From sequence record MT446416.1: DNA of 64,000 nt; one strand, 5' to 3'. Positions within the stretch are counted from its first letter, which is position 1. Every line of letters begins with the position of its first letter. The DNA comes from Escherichia virus TH47. The translations under genes and the position numbers were made by a program. The notes beneath the pieces were generated by a model. The model had not been told where the DNA came from, searched no databases, and was given only the letters and a program-made list of their open reading frames with translations. Positions 23,701 to 32,555 of the stretch are shown in pieces.

Positions 23701-23782
23701 GAATACGTTTACCGTTTTTACGTTCTGCTACGTGCAAAATATCACCAGTACGTTTACGTTCCATATAAGCATCGATATACAT
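20777..23782 (-). CDS. 43: DNA polymerase, family B (gp43-like)
   Basis: 1001 aa; pol motif C YGDTDS (VIYGDTDSVYF), motif A-like (DFNSLYP) and an N-terminal exonuclease-like FDIETD. Confidence 0.9.
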   Translation of the reverse strand: MYIDAYMERKRTGDILHVAERKNGKRILRQLDPVYEYYVESPTGEHKTIYGTNAKHLEFETQSQMNKSVEQHKNEGLRIFESDCNITFKTLAREYMGKGSPDLNVAFFDIETDFHKKFGYAPPSDPFNRVTAISLYQSWTGKDYVLTLPPTDMEMYEAQDIVRQLNEETNDPNSTVILYTDEKEMFMEFFSLIDDSDVISGWNSEFFDIPYMVNRTKKIFNEATTARWCLWNKKPNAREADNFGKTVVTYDLIGRVHLDYLALYKKHAGQVEQSYKLDYIAEKVTKENKVSYEGSLDKLYREDYITFLRYSKQDSILLKKIDAKCDFINLHNRLAHKECVLISTTMGSVALIDTAIINLAHSRGEVVFNKAPKDDIELDPEMEYYGEEGDEEDEKISAKAAGAWVQDPVLGLVSDLGCTDFNSLYPTVLRTLGMSTECILGQLRQDYTDAYLAAKVQEQKAKSKSKAFEPDWTAAWHGLFAAVEFTMVHEKSDKTLIVDLEDGSSFNATGKELYDIIFAEDSTIVLSANGTLFDKSKYGVIPDILTQWYSERKAQQKMVIDYKHMYSDGWEFNGSEKVEPLLSNYTSGTMFRTNLHDNDPVYLLRIAIGKGQWEEVARLIVENGLVLKDGRIFCATEDKNYFKQQSAFWKQNQQIRKILLNSLYGALLNKGSRFFDKRLGQSVTLTGRSMTKHMASRINEITTGVYNHQGGSVIYGDTDSVYFSVTHYLKEQGIPYNLSKEEIVDMYIKIGDEVGESFPSFMNEMFNTGIEKGKIVGADLEMVGSRGLFLKKKRYAILKYWEDGFRKDVDGKPGEIKAMGLEIKRSDTPKYIQNFLEETLIALLVGESEAQLKQRVRDFKEVFKDMPVHEKGSPKTVKNYTNLEAEYEVSGKCKVGHVLAGIQWNRLREVYDDKSVPEVTDGTKVIVCNLKDNPMGIKAVGYPIDCVEYLPEWFLELPFDTEKMEEIVLTKKLENIFGILDMDIGIHEKSTAAVNNGFFTW

Positions 23783-23812
23783 CGTTTGTATTCCTTTACG
23801 TTTATTAAGTTA

Positions 23813-23845
23813 AAAATAAAGCCCCCATTCATTGGAGGCTATAAA
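23813..23845 (-). terminator. terminator upstream of the polymerase gene
   Basis: Minus-strand reading AGCCTCCaatgaatGGGGGCT (one G-U pair) followed by ttatttttaa. Confidence 0.5.
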
Positions 23846-23864
23846 GTTTAGTTTTTAGTACTTA

Positions 23865-24170
23865 TTAGTAATCGTCATCTGCTTGTGGCAAATTGTTAGT
23901 AACACTTAGGATAGTTTCGATGTTATCGAGTTTGTTTTGTTTATCAAAGTAATCGCCTTTGTAGATACGTTGAGCGGCTTGTTTGATATCGGATGCATCA
24001 ATACCTAGTTCATCAGAGATGGAACTAATGAAATCTGCATAGGATGCTTTGGTGTCGTCAATAAAAGTAAGTTGTACTACTGCGTTGTTTAGTGCATCAC
24101 CTAGACGTTTACGTTGTTCATCATTTAGGTCACGAATTTCAACTTTAACTTCTTTTTTAGCTTTTGCCAT
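23865..24170 (-). CDS. hypothetical protein (about 101 aa)
   Basis: Start moved to MAKAKKEV (GGAGA SD); the track's longer N-terminus overlaps a terminator hairpin. Confidence 0.45.
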   Translation of the reverse strand: MAKAKKEVKVEIRDLNDEQRKRLGDALNNAVVQLTFIDDTKASYADFISSISDELGIDASDIKQAAQRIYKGDYFDKQNKLDNIETILSVTNNLPQADDDY

Positions 24171-24193
24171 TTGTTTGCTTCTCCATGTGTTTT

Positions 24194-24229
24194 GAAAAAA
24201 TGTCATCTCACAACCGCTGTAAGATGACT
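24194..24229 (-). terminator. terminator downstream of the tail fibre / 24269..24787 pair
   Basis: Minus-strand reading GTCATCT - 13 nt loop - AGATGAC followed by attttttc. Confidence 0.45.
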
Positions 24230-24268
24230 ACATTGTATCACTACTTACGATTTTGTTCCAAAAAACTT

Positions 24269-24787
24269 TTAAACAGGTTTAACAGGGAACGAAAACTTCT
24301 TCTTACTAAATTCAGATGTTGTTAGAGATGATAGCTCAAGAACATATGCTTTCAACTTAGGAAACAGTTCTATTTCATAATCAGTTGCTACCTCAAGATC
24401 TATCGCCATCTTAATGTTATTCAACTCATTAATTGCTACAGTTCTTAATTCTTGGTGCTCAGATGATAGACGTTTGATCTTTTCATCAGTAGATTCAACA
24501 TAATCAGAAATTTTACTTCCATCATAGATTTTACCAACTACTTCATCTTCATCTCCATCATGCTCCAACTCAGAAACACTGTATCCATACGGTACTAACA
24601 ATGTTACATCATATGATGCTTGTGCAATATAACCATCGTCAGAGTACTGAACTTTTAAAGTATCTTGTCTGAATTCGTTTTGACAATCATACCAGTCAAT
24701 ACCCTCATCTGACAATAGATAAAGAACATTATCTCCATGTTTTTTTTCTACTGGTATATATTTTTTGAAATTTGTATACGTTTTCAT
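24269..24787 (-). CDS. hypothetical protein; possible tail fibre assembly chaperone by position only
   Basis: 172 aa, start overlapping the stop of the upstream tail-fibre-like gene; followed by a hairpin terminator. No diagnostic motif. Confidence 0.35.
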   Translation of the reverse strand: MKTYTNFKKYIPVEKKHGDNVLYLLSDEGIDWYDCQNEFRQDTLKVQYSDDGYIAQASYDVTLLVPYGYSVSELEHDGDEDEVVGKIYDGSKISDYVESTDEKIKRLSSEHQELRTVAINELNNIKMAIDLEVATDYEIELFPKLKAYVLELSSLTTSEFSKKKFSFPVKPV

Positions 24788-24788
24788 A

Positions 24789-26417
24789 TTAAGACTCCAC
24801 TACTACGTTAGTCCATACACCATTTACAAGTTTTTGTGTATATCTCCAACTCAAACCTTCAACGTGTGTACCTGAACTACCATTTACTGAAATAAACAAC
24901 CCATCAAGTGTAGCACCTTCAGGTACATAGTTCCAAGAAGAATCAGGAACACTTCGCGTAGTTGTTCTTTTACTTAAACGAACATCTTGTACAGCACCTA
25001 GTGTTAAAGTTACGTTACCGTTTACATCAGCGTTGTTACCGTTAATAGATCTTACGATGTTTTTACTGGCAACAGTTGCAGTGTTTCCAGAAATAGACAA
25101 TGATGCACCAGTAACTGATGGGGCATAAAGTACACCAGATGAGTTAATTGTAACTTCCGAACCACCATTACTTCTCAAACGTAATGTATTTGTTGATGAA
25201 CTATGATAAATTGCTGCACGTTCAGTAGTTCCTGCCGCGTTACGGAAGTAAAGTACCAAAGATGTGTCGTCTGAACGAATTGTTGCACTGTTAGCAATAG
25301 TCAATGAACCAGTCATTACATCACCAGTTTTCAGTACATAACGGGTGTTTGCAACTTTTTCACTCAATGCAACGTTAGACTCAGCAATGTTATATAAGTA
25401 TGCCACATTAAAGTGTGGTACGTCAATATTGCTAATTCCGTGGGTATGTGCTTGTCCACTACCAACGGTATTGGTTGAACCACTGAATCTATGCACGTGA
25501 TCAGGTGCTTCGTTAATGTTATTAATTACAGTTGGAATACCATTATCTCTACTCGATGTTATTGCATTTAGACCACTACGGTCATTACCTTTTAGTGCTT
25601 GGCTATGACCATGACGACCAGCAGCACCAGTAGTTCCACTGAAACTAAATGAGTGCGGTGGAAGTTGATCAATTGATATCGCAGTACCACTAATTGATGC
25701 ACTACTTGCAATCACACTATCAGTTTTAGTTACGCCTGATGTGGTAATGCCTTTCAAGTATGCTTCTTGGTTAAGATTTGGAACTTGTTTAGTGATTGTA
25801 CCATTTTCACCAACCCATTGCCACCACATTCCATCAGCAAAACACCAACCATCAGAAGTTTTCCACGGAGAACCTTGTGAACCATTACGACCACTTTGAC
25901 CATTAGTTGCTCCAGACATCTGTTCACGAATACTAGCAACAGTTTGTCCAGAAGTCAATGAGTACTGGGTAATTGCACCAGGCTTCATTGAAGTGTAAAG
26001 ACCTGTTGGTCCAGTACCGCTACTTGATTGAGTAGGGAATACGATATTTAAATTCGTACCACTAATGCTCGCACTTGGGACAGCACTACTACTATATGTT
26101 ACTGTTTCAACTTTTAAATTCAATTTACGGTTCACTTCATCGAGTGAAATACGGATTGGTTCAAGAATTGTATCAGTATCATATACTGCAATCCAACTTG
26201 TACCGTTGTGGTATTTTAACACCAACTCATTTCTATCAAATACCATAGCACCTTGCTCACCTGCTGGCAATGCCTGTACGGGTAAAATGACAGAAGATGA
26301 ATTAAAACGAATAGGTCTTGGATTAGTTGGTGTACCACCAAGCACTATTAGTTCTAAAGATCCATTAGCACCAGTACTAGTCATAGTATCCAGTGGGTTA
26401 TTAAAACTTATGCTCAT
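24789..26417 (-). CDS. tail fibre-like protein
   Basis: 542 aa, Gly/Ser/Thr/Asn-rich with collar-like N-terminus and His-containing segments (HGHSQ, HVHRFSGSTNTVGSGQAHTHGISN) reminiscent of T4 fibre metal-binding repeats. Confidence 0.5.
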   Translation of the reverse strand: MSISFNNPLDTMTSTGANGSLELIVLGGTPTNPRPIRFNSSSVILPVQALPAGEQGAMVFDRNELVLKYHNGTSWIAVYDTDTILEPIRISLDEVNRKLNLKVETVTYSSSAVPSASISGTNLNIVFPTQSSSGTGPTGLYTSMKPGAITQYSLTSGQTVASIREQMSGATNGQSGRNGSQGSPWKTSDGWCFADGMWWQWVGENGTITKQVPNLNQEAYLKGITTSGVTKTDSVIASSASISGTAISIDQLPPHSFSFSGTTGAAGRHGHSQALKGNDRSGLNAITSSRDNGIPTVINNINEAPDHVHRFSGSTNTVGSGQAHTHGISNIDVPHFNVAYLYNIAESNVALSEKVANTRYVLKTGDVMTGSLTIANSATIRSDDTSLVLYFRNAAGTTERAAIYHSSSTNTLRLRSNGGSEVTINSSGVLYAPSVTGASLSISGNTATVASKNIVRSINGNNADVNGNVTLTLGAVQDVRLSKRTTTRSVPDSSWNYVPEGATLDGLFISVNGSSGTHVEGLSWRYTQKLVNGVWTNVVVES

Positions 26418-26458
26418 GTATAAATCCCTTTAATGATTAATATATACTATATTTATTA

Positions 26459-26782
26459 CTATAGCAAGTCGTTTTCCATATCGTCAAGAACAGAATCGAC
26501 GATGTTCGCTGCTATCTTCTTAGGCATCTTGAACCACTCGGTGTTAGGTTGCCTTACTGCGTTCATTTGTTTTAGTCTTTTGTGAATTTCTTTCTCTGCT
26601 AAACGTGCATCTTCAAAGTGTACTTCATGGTATACCACAAAATCTCTAAAAGGTGTAGCAGTTTGATATGTCCTTAAACGTTCTGTCATTTCAGATTTAC
26701 TGGTAAATCCTATCTTAACATAATCAGGCCATGCATCATTTACTATAACATAACATATCTGTGACATAGAAAATATCTCCAT
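26459..26782 (-). CDS. T5orf172 / GIY-YIG-like domain protein (freestanding)
   Basis: ICYVIVNDAWPDYVKIGFT...ERLRTYQTATPF...EIHKRL...EWF fits the T5orf172 domain pattern. A shorter start (MSQICY, 26767) has a better SD. Confidence 0.55.
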   Translation of the reverse strand: MEIFSMSQICYVIVNDAWPDYVKIGFTSKSEMTERLRTYQTATPFRDFVVYHEVHFEDARLAEKEIHKRLKQMNAVRQPNTEWFKMPKKIAANIVDSVLDDMENDLL

Positions 26783-26806
26783 CAGTAATATGAAGATATT
26801 TATTAA

Positions 26807-27166
26807 TCAAGTAATTCGGAAATTTACCCCAGCATCAATTAGGCGTTGGAATGGGTTTTGTGGCTCGAATTCAGAAGGAGTTTTTGAAATGTTCAGTACT
26901 GGAGCATCAGCATGTAACTTTGACATACGTTCTTTGTACTTATCTAAGTATTCTTCATACAACATATCTTCAGTGTTACTATTAAGTATGTCTTCGATAA
27001 ATGAATCAATACTATAGTCCAGTCTATCATCATTATAATACAAAGTTTCACTAGCTTCATCATAACCAACTAAAGTTCCGTATGGAACATTAATCTCAAT
27101 TTTTGAGTACTGACTCTTTAAGTACTCTTCTTTCTTAAAAATGTATACAGTTAACATCCGTGTCAA
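26807..27166 (-). CDS. hypothetical protein (119 aa)
   Basis: ORF within the accessory island between the tail fibre and capsid genes. Confidence 0.45.
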   Translation of the reverse strand: MTRMLTVYIFKKEEYLKSQYSKIEINVPYGTLVGYDEASETLYYNDDRLDYSIDSFIEDILNSNTEDMLYEEYLDKYKERMSKLHADAPVLNISKTPSEFEPQNPFQRLIDAGVNFRIT

Positions 27167-27180
27167 CTCCTTATGGTTGT

Positions 27181-28179
27181 TTACTTAGTTTTCCATTCTT
27201 TTATCATGGTTAGTACTAAATCCAAATCTTCTTCATTGAAAGTTTCAGTGTATCCATCTGGAAAATCTTCTTTTTCAACAACTTTATTAGTTATAGTACC
27301 TTTTATTTTTTGTTCGAGATCTTGTGCTTCTCTTCGTGTTTCAAAGTCCTCAATTAACAAAACATCGTGTTCAGTATGAGCATAATGTTTTTGTTGACTA
27401 ATTCTACGGTTGATATCATTAGTTACACCCAATTTATAAAATACACCTTTTGTTGGGTGAGTTATTTTTTGTACATATAAAGTTGATGGCTCACGCATAG
27501 TACCTTCACTTTCGTTACATACTGGACAATGTTCTCTATCAGTTTTTCTGAAATTCGCTAGGGTTTTATGTATTTTTACATCTTTATGTAGTGTGCATCC
27601 AAAAACACATTCAGTATGGTGATAATCATAAGTTTCGTCATACTGAAAATCATCATAGGTGTACTTGTCACCATGAATTTTCTTCAACTCTTTCGTTATA
27701 TCATTAGCATCTTTTCGTTTGGAAGAAATCGTTCGTTCTTTACCACACTCATAACATCCACTAAACCTACCTAAAAATTCATCAAATGATAAGACGAAAT
27801 GCTTCTTATGTTTTTTACAATTAAATTCAACATCGGATTTTTTCTTACCTATAAATTTAACTACTTGTACGAATTCCCAAGGTTTGTTCTCATTTGCTAT
27901 CCTAGTTAAACATGCGTGTTTGTATTGGCTGGCAGTTTTTGGGACACTAGTTCCATTTTGTTGTTTCATTATACCACAATGTTGACATTTTTTTCTCGAT
28001 GAAAAGTTGTCTATACTACATGACAATATAGAAGACTTACAATCCCAGCATGTGTATGAAAAATTACTTTTGGCATTTTTAAAATTAATTATTTTATGAA
28101 ATACAATGTTTAAGTTATTAGTTTTTATTATGTTAAGTATCTTATCCACATAATGTTGTTCATCTAATTTTGAAGCCAT
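27181..28179 (-). CDS. putative homing endonuclease-like protein (Cys-rich repeats plus C-terminal T5orf172-like domain)
   Basis: 332 aa with several CxxC pairs, a KKIHGDKYTYDD repeat like that in 7822..8559, and C-terminal YKLGVTND...GYTETF as in 39092..40114. Confidence 0.5.
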   Translation of the reverse strand: MASKLDEQHYVDKILNIIKTNNLNIVFHKIINFKNAKSNFSYTCWDCKSSILSCSIDNFSSRKKCQHCGIMKQQNGTSVPKTASQYKHACLTRIANENKPWEFVQVVKFIGKKKSDVEFNCKKHKKHFVLSFDEFLGRFSGCYECGKERTISSKRKDANDITKELKKIHGDKYTYDDFQYDETYDYHHTECVFGCTLHKDVKIHKTLANFRKTDREHCPVCNESEGTMREPSTLYVQKITHPTKGVFYKLGVTNDINRRISQQKHYAHTEHDVLLIEDFETRREAQDLEQKIKGTITNKVVEKEDFPDGYTETFNEEDLDLVLTMIKEWKTK

Positions 28180-28244
28180 AATTAAAATCCTCGGTTACAA
28201 TAAAATAATAATATCACAAAATGATGCACACCACAAGTATATTT

Positions 28245-28275
28245 ACAAAAGAAAAGGGACTCCGAAGAGTCCCTA
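28245..28275 (-). terminator. rho-independent terminator downstream of the capsid gene
   Basis: Minus-strand reading GGGACTCttcgGAGTCCC followed by ttttcttttg. Confidence 0.65.
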
Positions 28276-28317
28276 TTGTTTTTAATTTCTTGATTAAATC
28301 TTTTAAATCTATTACAA

Positions 28318-29493
28318 TTACATGAAAGTAACGTTTTTGATAGCGATTTTGCTGTAGTAGTCAGCAGCATTACCAAGAGATGAAGTACTGTCGGTTAGCT
28401 GAACGTAGCCATAGCGTGTTAAAAATGTCGTGACTAGCTCACCAGTGTTAGGGTCCATTACAGTACCGGAAGCCATTAGTGGGATGTATGGGCAATAGAA
28501 CACACCAGCATCAGTTTCAGCATTACCTTTATAACCAATCAAAATGTCCTCGACATCGCTGGCATACGTGTCTACAAAAATACGCATGGTGCTGTTTAGA
28601 GTACCAACAAATTTAACGTTAGTTGGAGCTTCGAAAGTACCTTCAGTAGTACGTGCAAAACTAGAAGTAGTTGCAGACTGTAGAATGGTTAGAGCGGTTG
28701 GAGAAACAACAGCCCAGTTCGCAGCACCACGTTTGGTACGACGAGCAACTTCGTTCGCTTGACGGTTGATTAGGGTAGCTAGAGCAGCGTGCTCGTCACC
28801 AACGAAGGTCGCAACACCAGTAACTTTAGATTGGTCATAAGTTACAGCAGCAGCACCAGGTAGTGCACGTAGACGGCTTAGTAGCTCTTGGTCGATTTCA
28901 ACGGTAACTTCTTGAGCGATTGCAGCCATTAGTTCAGCTTCAACGTCGATACCATGTTGGGATTGTGCATCTTGTGCAGATTCAACAGTCCAACGTGCAG
29001 ATAGACGACGAGATTTCGCTTCAACAGTTTCACGTAGAATACGGATGTTAACGCGACGACCCATAGTACCTTCTAGTTGACTAGTAGGAGCAGCTTGTGG
29101 GTTGCTGTTGTCTGCGTTTAGGTCACCAGTATAAGACTTAGCGATTTTGTATGGAGAAAGCATTTCTTCACCAGCGATAACACCAGGAGCGTTGTCAGCA
29201 TATTGAACACGTAGGGTGTGGATCTGACCAACTGGGCCAGTCATTGGCTGAACACCGATGATTTCGTTAGCGATTACGGTTGGCATAACACGACGCATAA
29301 TTGGTAGAATCACTTTGTTTAGAGTAGCGATGTTACCAGCGGTGGTTGCACCAGAAGTAGCAGATTCGTTTAGCATTAGTTTACGATGGTTATCAAGTAC
29401 GGTTTCCATTACGGACTTACGAGTACCTTGTAGACCTTCAACTAGTTTCTCTTTAACTGCTACCCATTTGGATTCATTTAGTAGTTGTGACAT
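28318..29493 (-). CDS. 23: major capsid protein, gp23 family (compact, 391 aa)
   Basis: IANEIIGVQPMTGPVGQIHTLRVQY and VEAKSRRLSARWTVESAQDAQSQHGIDVEAEL match T4 gp23 blocks; TATAAATA about 45 nt upstream; terminator downstream. Confidence 0.9.
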   Translation of the reverse strand: MSQLLNESKWVAVKEKLVEGLQGTRKSVMETVLDNHRKLMLNESATSGATTAGNIATLNKVILPIMRRVMPTVIANEIIGVQPMTGPVGQIHTLRVQYADNAPGVIAGEEMLSPYKIAKSYTGDLNADNSNPQAAPTSQLEGTMGRRVNIRILRETVEAKSRRLSARWTVESAQDAQSQHGIDVEAELMAAIAQEVTVEIDQELLSRLRALPGAAAVTYDQSKVTGVATFVGDEHAALATLINRQANEVARRTKRGAANWAVVSPTALTILQSATTSSFARTTEGTFEAPTNVKFVGTLNSTMRIFVDTYASDVEDILIGYKGNAETDAGVFYCPYIPLMASGTVMDPNTGELVTTFLTRYGYVQLTDSTSSLGNAADYYSKIAIKNVTFM

Positions 29494-29537
29494 TATTATC
29501 TCCTTAAAGATGTTATATTCGTTTTTCAGTATGATAT

Positions 29538-29545
29538 TATTTATA
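29538..29545 (-). promoter_or_regulatory. late promoter box TATAAATA upstream of the major capsid gene
   Basis: Minus-strand reading tttttcagttcTATAAATAatatcatact, about 45 nt before the capsid ATG at 29493. Confidence 0.55.
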
Positions 29546-29583
29546 GAACTGAAAAATTTGATTATTAAAATGCTTTAAAATGT

Positions 29584-30699
29584 TTATTTTTTATTGATAC
29601 CAGAAAGAACATCGAGTTCTTTTAGGAATGCCATATCGTCAGCGGTCATTTCTTCGCTTTCAACAATAGCCTGACGGTTGCCAGTGATTACTTTACCTTC
29701 TGCAAGAGTTCTCTTAGCGGAAGACTGAACTGCTTGACGAGTGGTAGCAGATTCATTTACTTTAGTACCGTTAAGTACTGACTTATGGTACTTGCTGAAA
29801 TCGTCTTTAAGCTTTTCTGTAGGAGAAGTAGCTAGAAGGGATTCCATAATTTGTTTCTGTTGTGTAGTTAGTGGCTTAACTAGTTCAGACATAATCGCAT
29901 TACGAGCTTGTGAATCTTCCATAATACGTAGTTTGGTTTTAGCAGCTTTAACTTCACTTACAGTTTCATTTAGTTCTTTCTTAACTTGAGCAATTTCGTC
30001 TTCTTTAGACTTGATTGATTCAGTTAGGGAACGTAGTAGTGAATTCTCATTAAATTGTTTGACATTAAACTCTTGAGCAAATGCTTCAAAGATTTTACGA
30101 CCAAACATATTTTGTTTTGCTTCAACAAGATCTTCTTTCAAAGCGTATAGGTTTTTCTGAGTAGTTTCTGCAATATATTTAGCAGCACTTTCAGATGTAC
30201 GTTTGATGAAGTTGTTACGTGCTTCAGCAATTTGACGGGAGCCTTCAGCTAGTAGTTTAACGCGAGTTTCAACTAGTTGACGTTTCTCGATGTGGAATTC
30301 TTTTAGCTCTTCTGCTAGGATACCGTTAGAGAAATTAACGAATTTACCCATGCATTCTTGAAGATGCTTACGTTCTTTACGCATTTGTTTAACTTCTTCA
30401 GCCAAAACAGAGTTAGAAAACGCAGAGAAATTACTTAGGGTTTTGCGGAGAGTTACACGATCTTCTACAAGACGTTTTTTCTCTTCATATACTGCACCCA
30501 TTTCTTCAGCGATAACTTGAGTAACCATAGTATTTAGACCTTCGGTTAGCTCAGACAAATCTTGTTTGTAGCGGCCTTTCATTTCTTCACGCATTTCTGC
30601 GGCAAGTGTGTTTTTTTCTTCATTCCATGCTTCCTGAATTAGCTGTTTTGCCTCATCAGAAAGAGATGATTCTTTTAGAAGCTTTTCTAATTTAGACAT
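29584..30699 (-). CDS. 22: prohead scaffold / core protein (gp22-like)
   Basis: 371 aa, highly charged coiled-coil composition; sits between the protease and capsid genes as in T4; TATAAATA upstream. Confidence 0.7.
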   Translation of the reverse strand: MSKLEKLLKESSLSDEAKQLIQEAWNEEKNTLAAEMREEMKGRYKQDLSELTEGLNTMVTQVIAEEMGAVYEEKKRLVEDRVTLRKTLSNFSAFSNSVLAEEVKQMRKERKHLQECMGKFVNFSNGILAEELKEFHIEKRQLVETRVKLLAEGSRQIAEARNNFIKRTSESAAKYIAETTQKNLYALKEDLVEAKQNMFGRKIFEAFAQEFNVKQFNENSLLRSLTESIKSKEDEIAQVKKELNETVSEVKAAKTKLRIMEDSQARNAIMSELVKPLTTQQKQIMESLLATSPTEKLKDDFSKYHKSVLNGTKVNESATTRQAVQSSAKRTLAEGKVITGNRQAIVESEEMTADDMAFLKELDVLSGINKK

Positions 30700-30746
30700 T
30701 CGTTCTCTCCTTTAAGTACTGAAATATCTGTACTTCAACATACAAA

Positions 30747-30754
30747 TATTTATA
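30747..30754 (-). promoter_or_regulatory. late promoter box TATAAATA upstream of the scaffold gene
   Basis: Minus-strand reading aaaaaTATAAATAtttgtatg about 50 nt before the ATG at 30699. Confidence 0.5.
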
Positions 30755-30765
30755 TTTTTAAAATG

Positions 30766-31386
30766 TTAACCTTTTAATTTCTTGAAAAAATCGTAAATTT
30801 CAGAATCTACATTATTTACTGTTTTAGATTCTGTGATTTTTTTAGGACTATTACAAGGTGATCCGTACTTACTCATCAGAGATTCAAAAACCGCAGTAGG
30901 GTATGCCTCTGGAGCACTAGGTTGAGCAACAATATCAATTGTGATAATTTCAAAATCAGAAACTATTCCATTGTAATCCACGTTACCGGAACCACGAGAA
31001 CTTACACCAAGTTTCACACCAGCTTCTAGCATTTTACGAATATTAGTACCATGAGCAGTATCAAGTAGTTTGATTTCTGCCATGCCGTTAGCACCTTCCA
31101 TCCAGACCTTAGTAATCATTGCTGCTACACGGTCAAGGTTAATTGTTAGTGTTTCGGGGTGGTCACATTCAACTAGAATACTTTCACCTTTAGCCAAACG
31201 TTGAGCCATATTATTAACAGCTTTAGTAATTTCGGCTAAAGGGTAAATTCTCTCATTTAAATTTCTTTGGTCGGCTTGAATAGCAATACCACGAAGATAG
31301 CAATCACGCCCACCAAGTCCATTATCACGATGTTCCAAAACAACTTTAGAATCATTGAATGAAGACCATTCACGAATCATACTCAT
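30766..31386 (-). CDS. 21: prohead core protease (gp21-like)
   Basis: 206 aa; VECDHPETLTINLDRVAAM...DTAHGTNIRKML...GVSSRGSG pattern consistent with the gp21 family, in the T4 position. Confidence 0.8.
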   Translation of the reverse strand: MSMIREWSSFNDSKVVLEHRDNGLGGRDCYLRGIAIQADQRNLNERIYPLAEITKAVNNMAQRLAKGESILVECDHPETLTINLDRVAAMITKVWMEGANGMAEIKLLDTAHGTNIRKMLEAGVKLGVSSRGSGNVDYNGIVSDFEIITIDIVAQPSAPEAYPTAVFESLMSKYGSPCNSPKKITESKTVNNVDSEIYDFFKKLKG

Positions 31387-31417
31387 AATGATCTCCTTTC
31401 CTTTTCTTTATTTAGTG

Positions 31418-32224
31418 TTAGATTTTTGGTTGTGATTTTGGTAGTGGAGAGCGAGATTTAGAAGCAGTATTTTTTGGCTTCGCAACATCTTTCATTTCGC
31501 CACGAGCATTTTTACCTAGGTCTTCATCAGTGTGAGACATAGCATCTTCGTTTTCAAAATCATAATCTACTTGTTTTTCGGAAGCTTTAGCGAATTTCAC
31601 TGGAGCAACACCTTGAACTGGAGATTTAGCTTCTGGAGCAACTGGAGACTTGGTATTAACGCCAGCTTTTTCTTTCTTATCAACCGCAGCAACTTGCTTA
31701 AGTTTGAAAGACTCACCAACTTTCTCATCACCGAATTGTACATCAGCAAATTCGTCTTCAGATTCTTCACCATCAGCACCAACTTCAACTTCGTCTTCAG
31801 AACCTAGGTCAACTTCATCACCGCCGATTTCGTCAAACATTTGTTGTAGGCCACGGAAAGCATCTTGAATAGATTCCCATTGGTCTTCGGAAGGAACTTC
31901 TGCACCAACTTCTGCTTCAGCGTCAACTTCTTCGCCATCAGCATCAGCAGAGAATTCAACTTCTTCTTCTGCACTTTCATCTTCTTCACCTAGGGTGTAT
32001 TCGATTTCAGCATTTAGACCTGCGTCGGGTTGAACATCAAAATCTTCGTCAAGTTTTTCTTCGTCTTTGACTTCACATTCTTCTTCGTCCATGCTTTCTT
32101 CTAGTTCTTTATTGATTTCTTGAGCTTGCTCAACAAAGTACTTACGCATTTTTTTATCAGCAACATCTTGTTCGCCGTTTGCAAACGCTTCAATTGCTTC
32201 TTGTAGTAGTTTTAAATTCGCCAT
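31418..32224 (-). CDS. acidic prohead core protein candidate (gp67/68-like by position)
   Basis: Very acidic low-complexity protein between portal and protease. Start moved to MANLK (GGAGGA SD); TAAATAAT motif upstream. Confidence 0.5.
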   Translation of the reverse strand: MANLKLLQEAIEAFANGEQDVADKKMRKYFVEQAQEINKELEESMDEEECEVKDEEKLDEDFDVQPDAGLNAEIEYTLGEEDESAEEEVEFSADADGEEVDAEAEVGAEVPSEDQWESIQDAFRGLQQMFDEIGGDEVDLGSEDEVEVGADGEESEDEFADVQFGDEKVGESFKLKQVAAVDKKEKAGVNTKSPVAPEAKSPVQGVAPVKFAKASEKQVDYDFENEDAMSHTDEDLGKNARGEMKDVAKPKNTASKSRSPLPKSQPKI

Positions 32225-32324
32225 TATATCCTCCATAGATATATTACATTCATATAAAGTATGATATTATTTAGTACTGAAAAATTTCGCCATTTTTAAA
32301 AGCTTTAAAAAGTGCGATTTTTGT

Positions 32325-32555
32325 TTACATTAATCCTGAACCATCACCGGATGGTGCTGCTGCTGCATAAACAACAGCGACAACATTTTTGCGTCGTTGT
32401 TCTTCATTAGCTTTAAATTCACGGTACTTTCTTAAATTATTAAGTACTTGTAATGTTAGTTTTGGTTTTCTGGAATCAGTAATTTTATATACGTTCTGAT
32501 CATCTTCAGGGTCGTATAAAGAATCACTGCTAGATTCAAAGATGTCCTTTAACAT
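32325..32555 (-). CDS. hypothetical small protein (76 aa), possible prohead core component by position
   Basis: Small ORF just downstream of the portal gene; ATAAATAA and TATAAT elements upstream. Confidence 0.4.
   Translation of the reverse strand: MLKDIFESSSDSLYDPEDDQNVYKITDSRKPKLTLQVLNNLRKYREFKANEEQRRKNVVAVVYAAAAPSGDGSGLM

Noticed and set aside
28182-28376. 64-codon ORF overlapping the 3' end of the capsid gene and its terminator
   Set aside because: Lies over the capsid terminator hairpin and coding end, with no SD.
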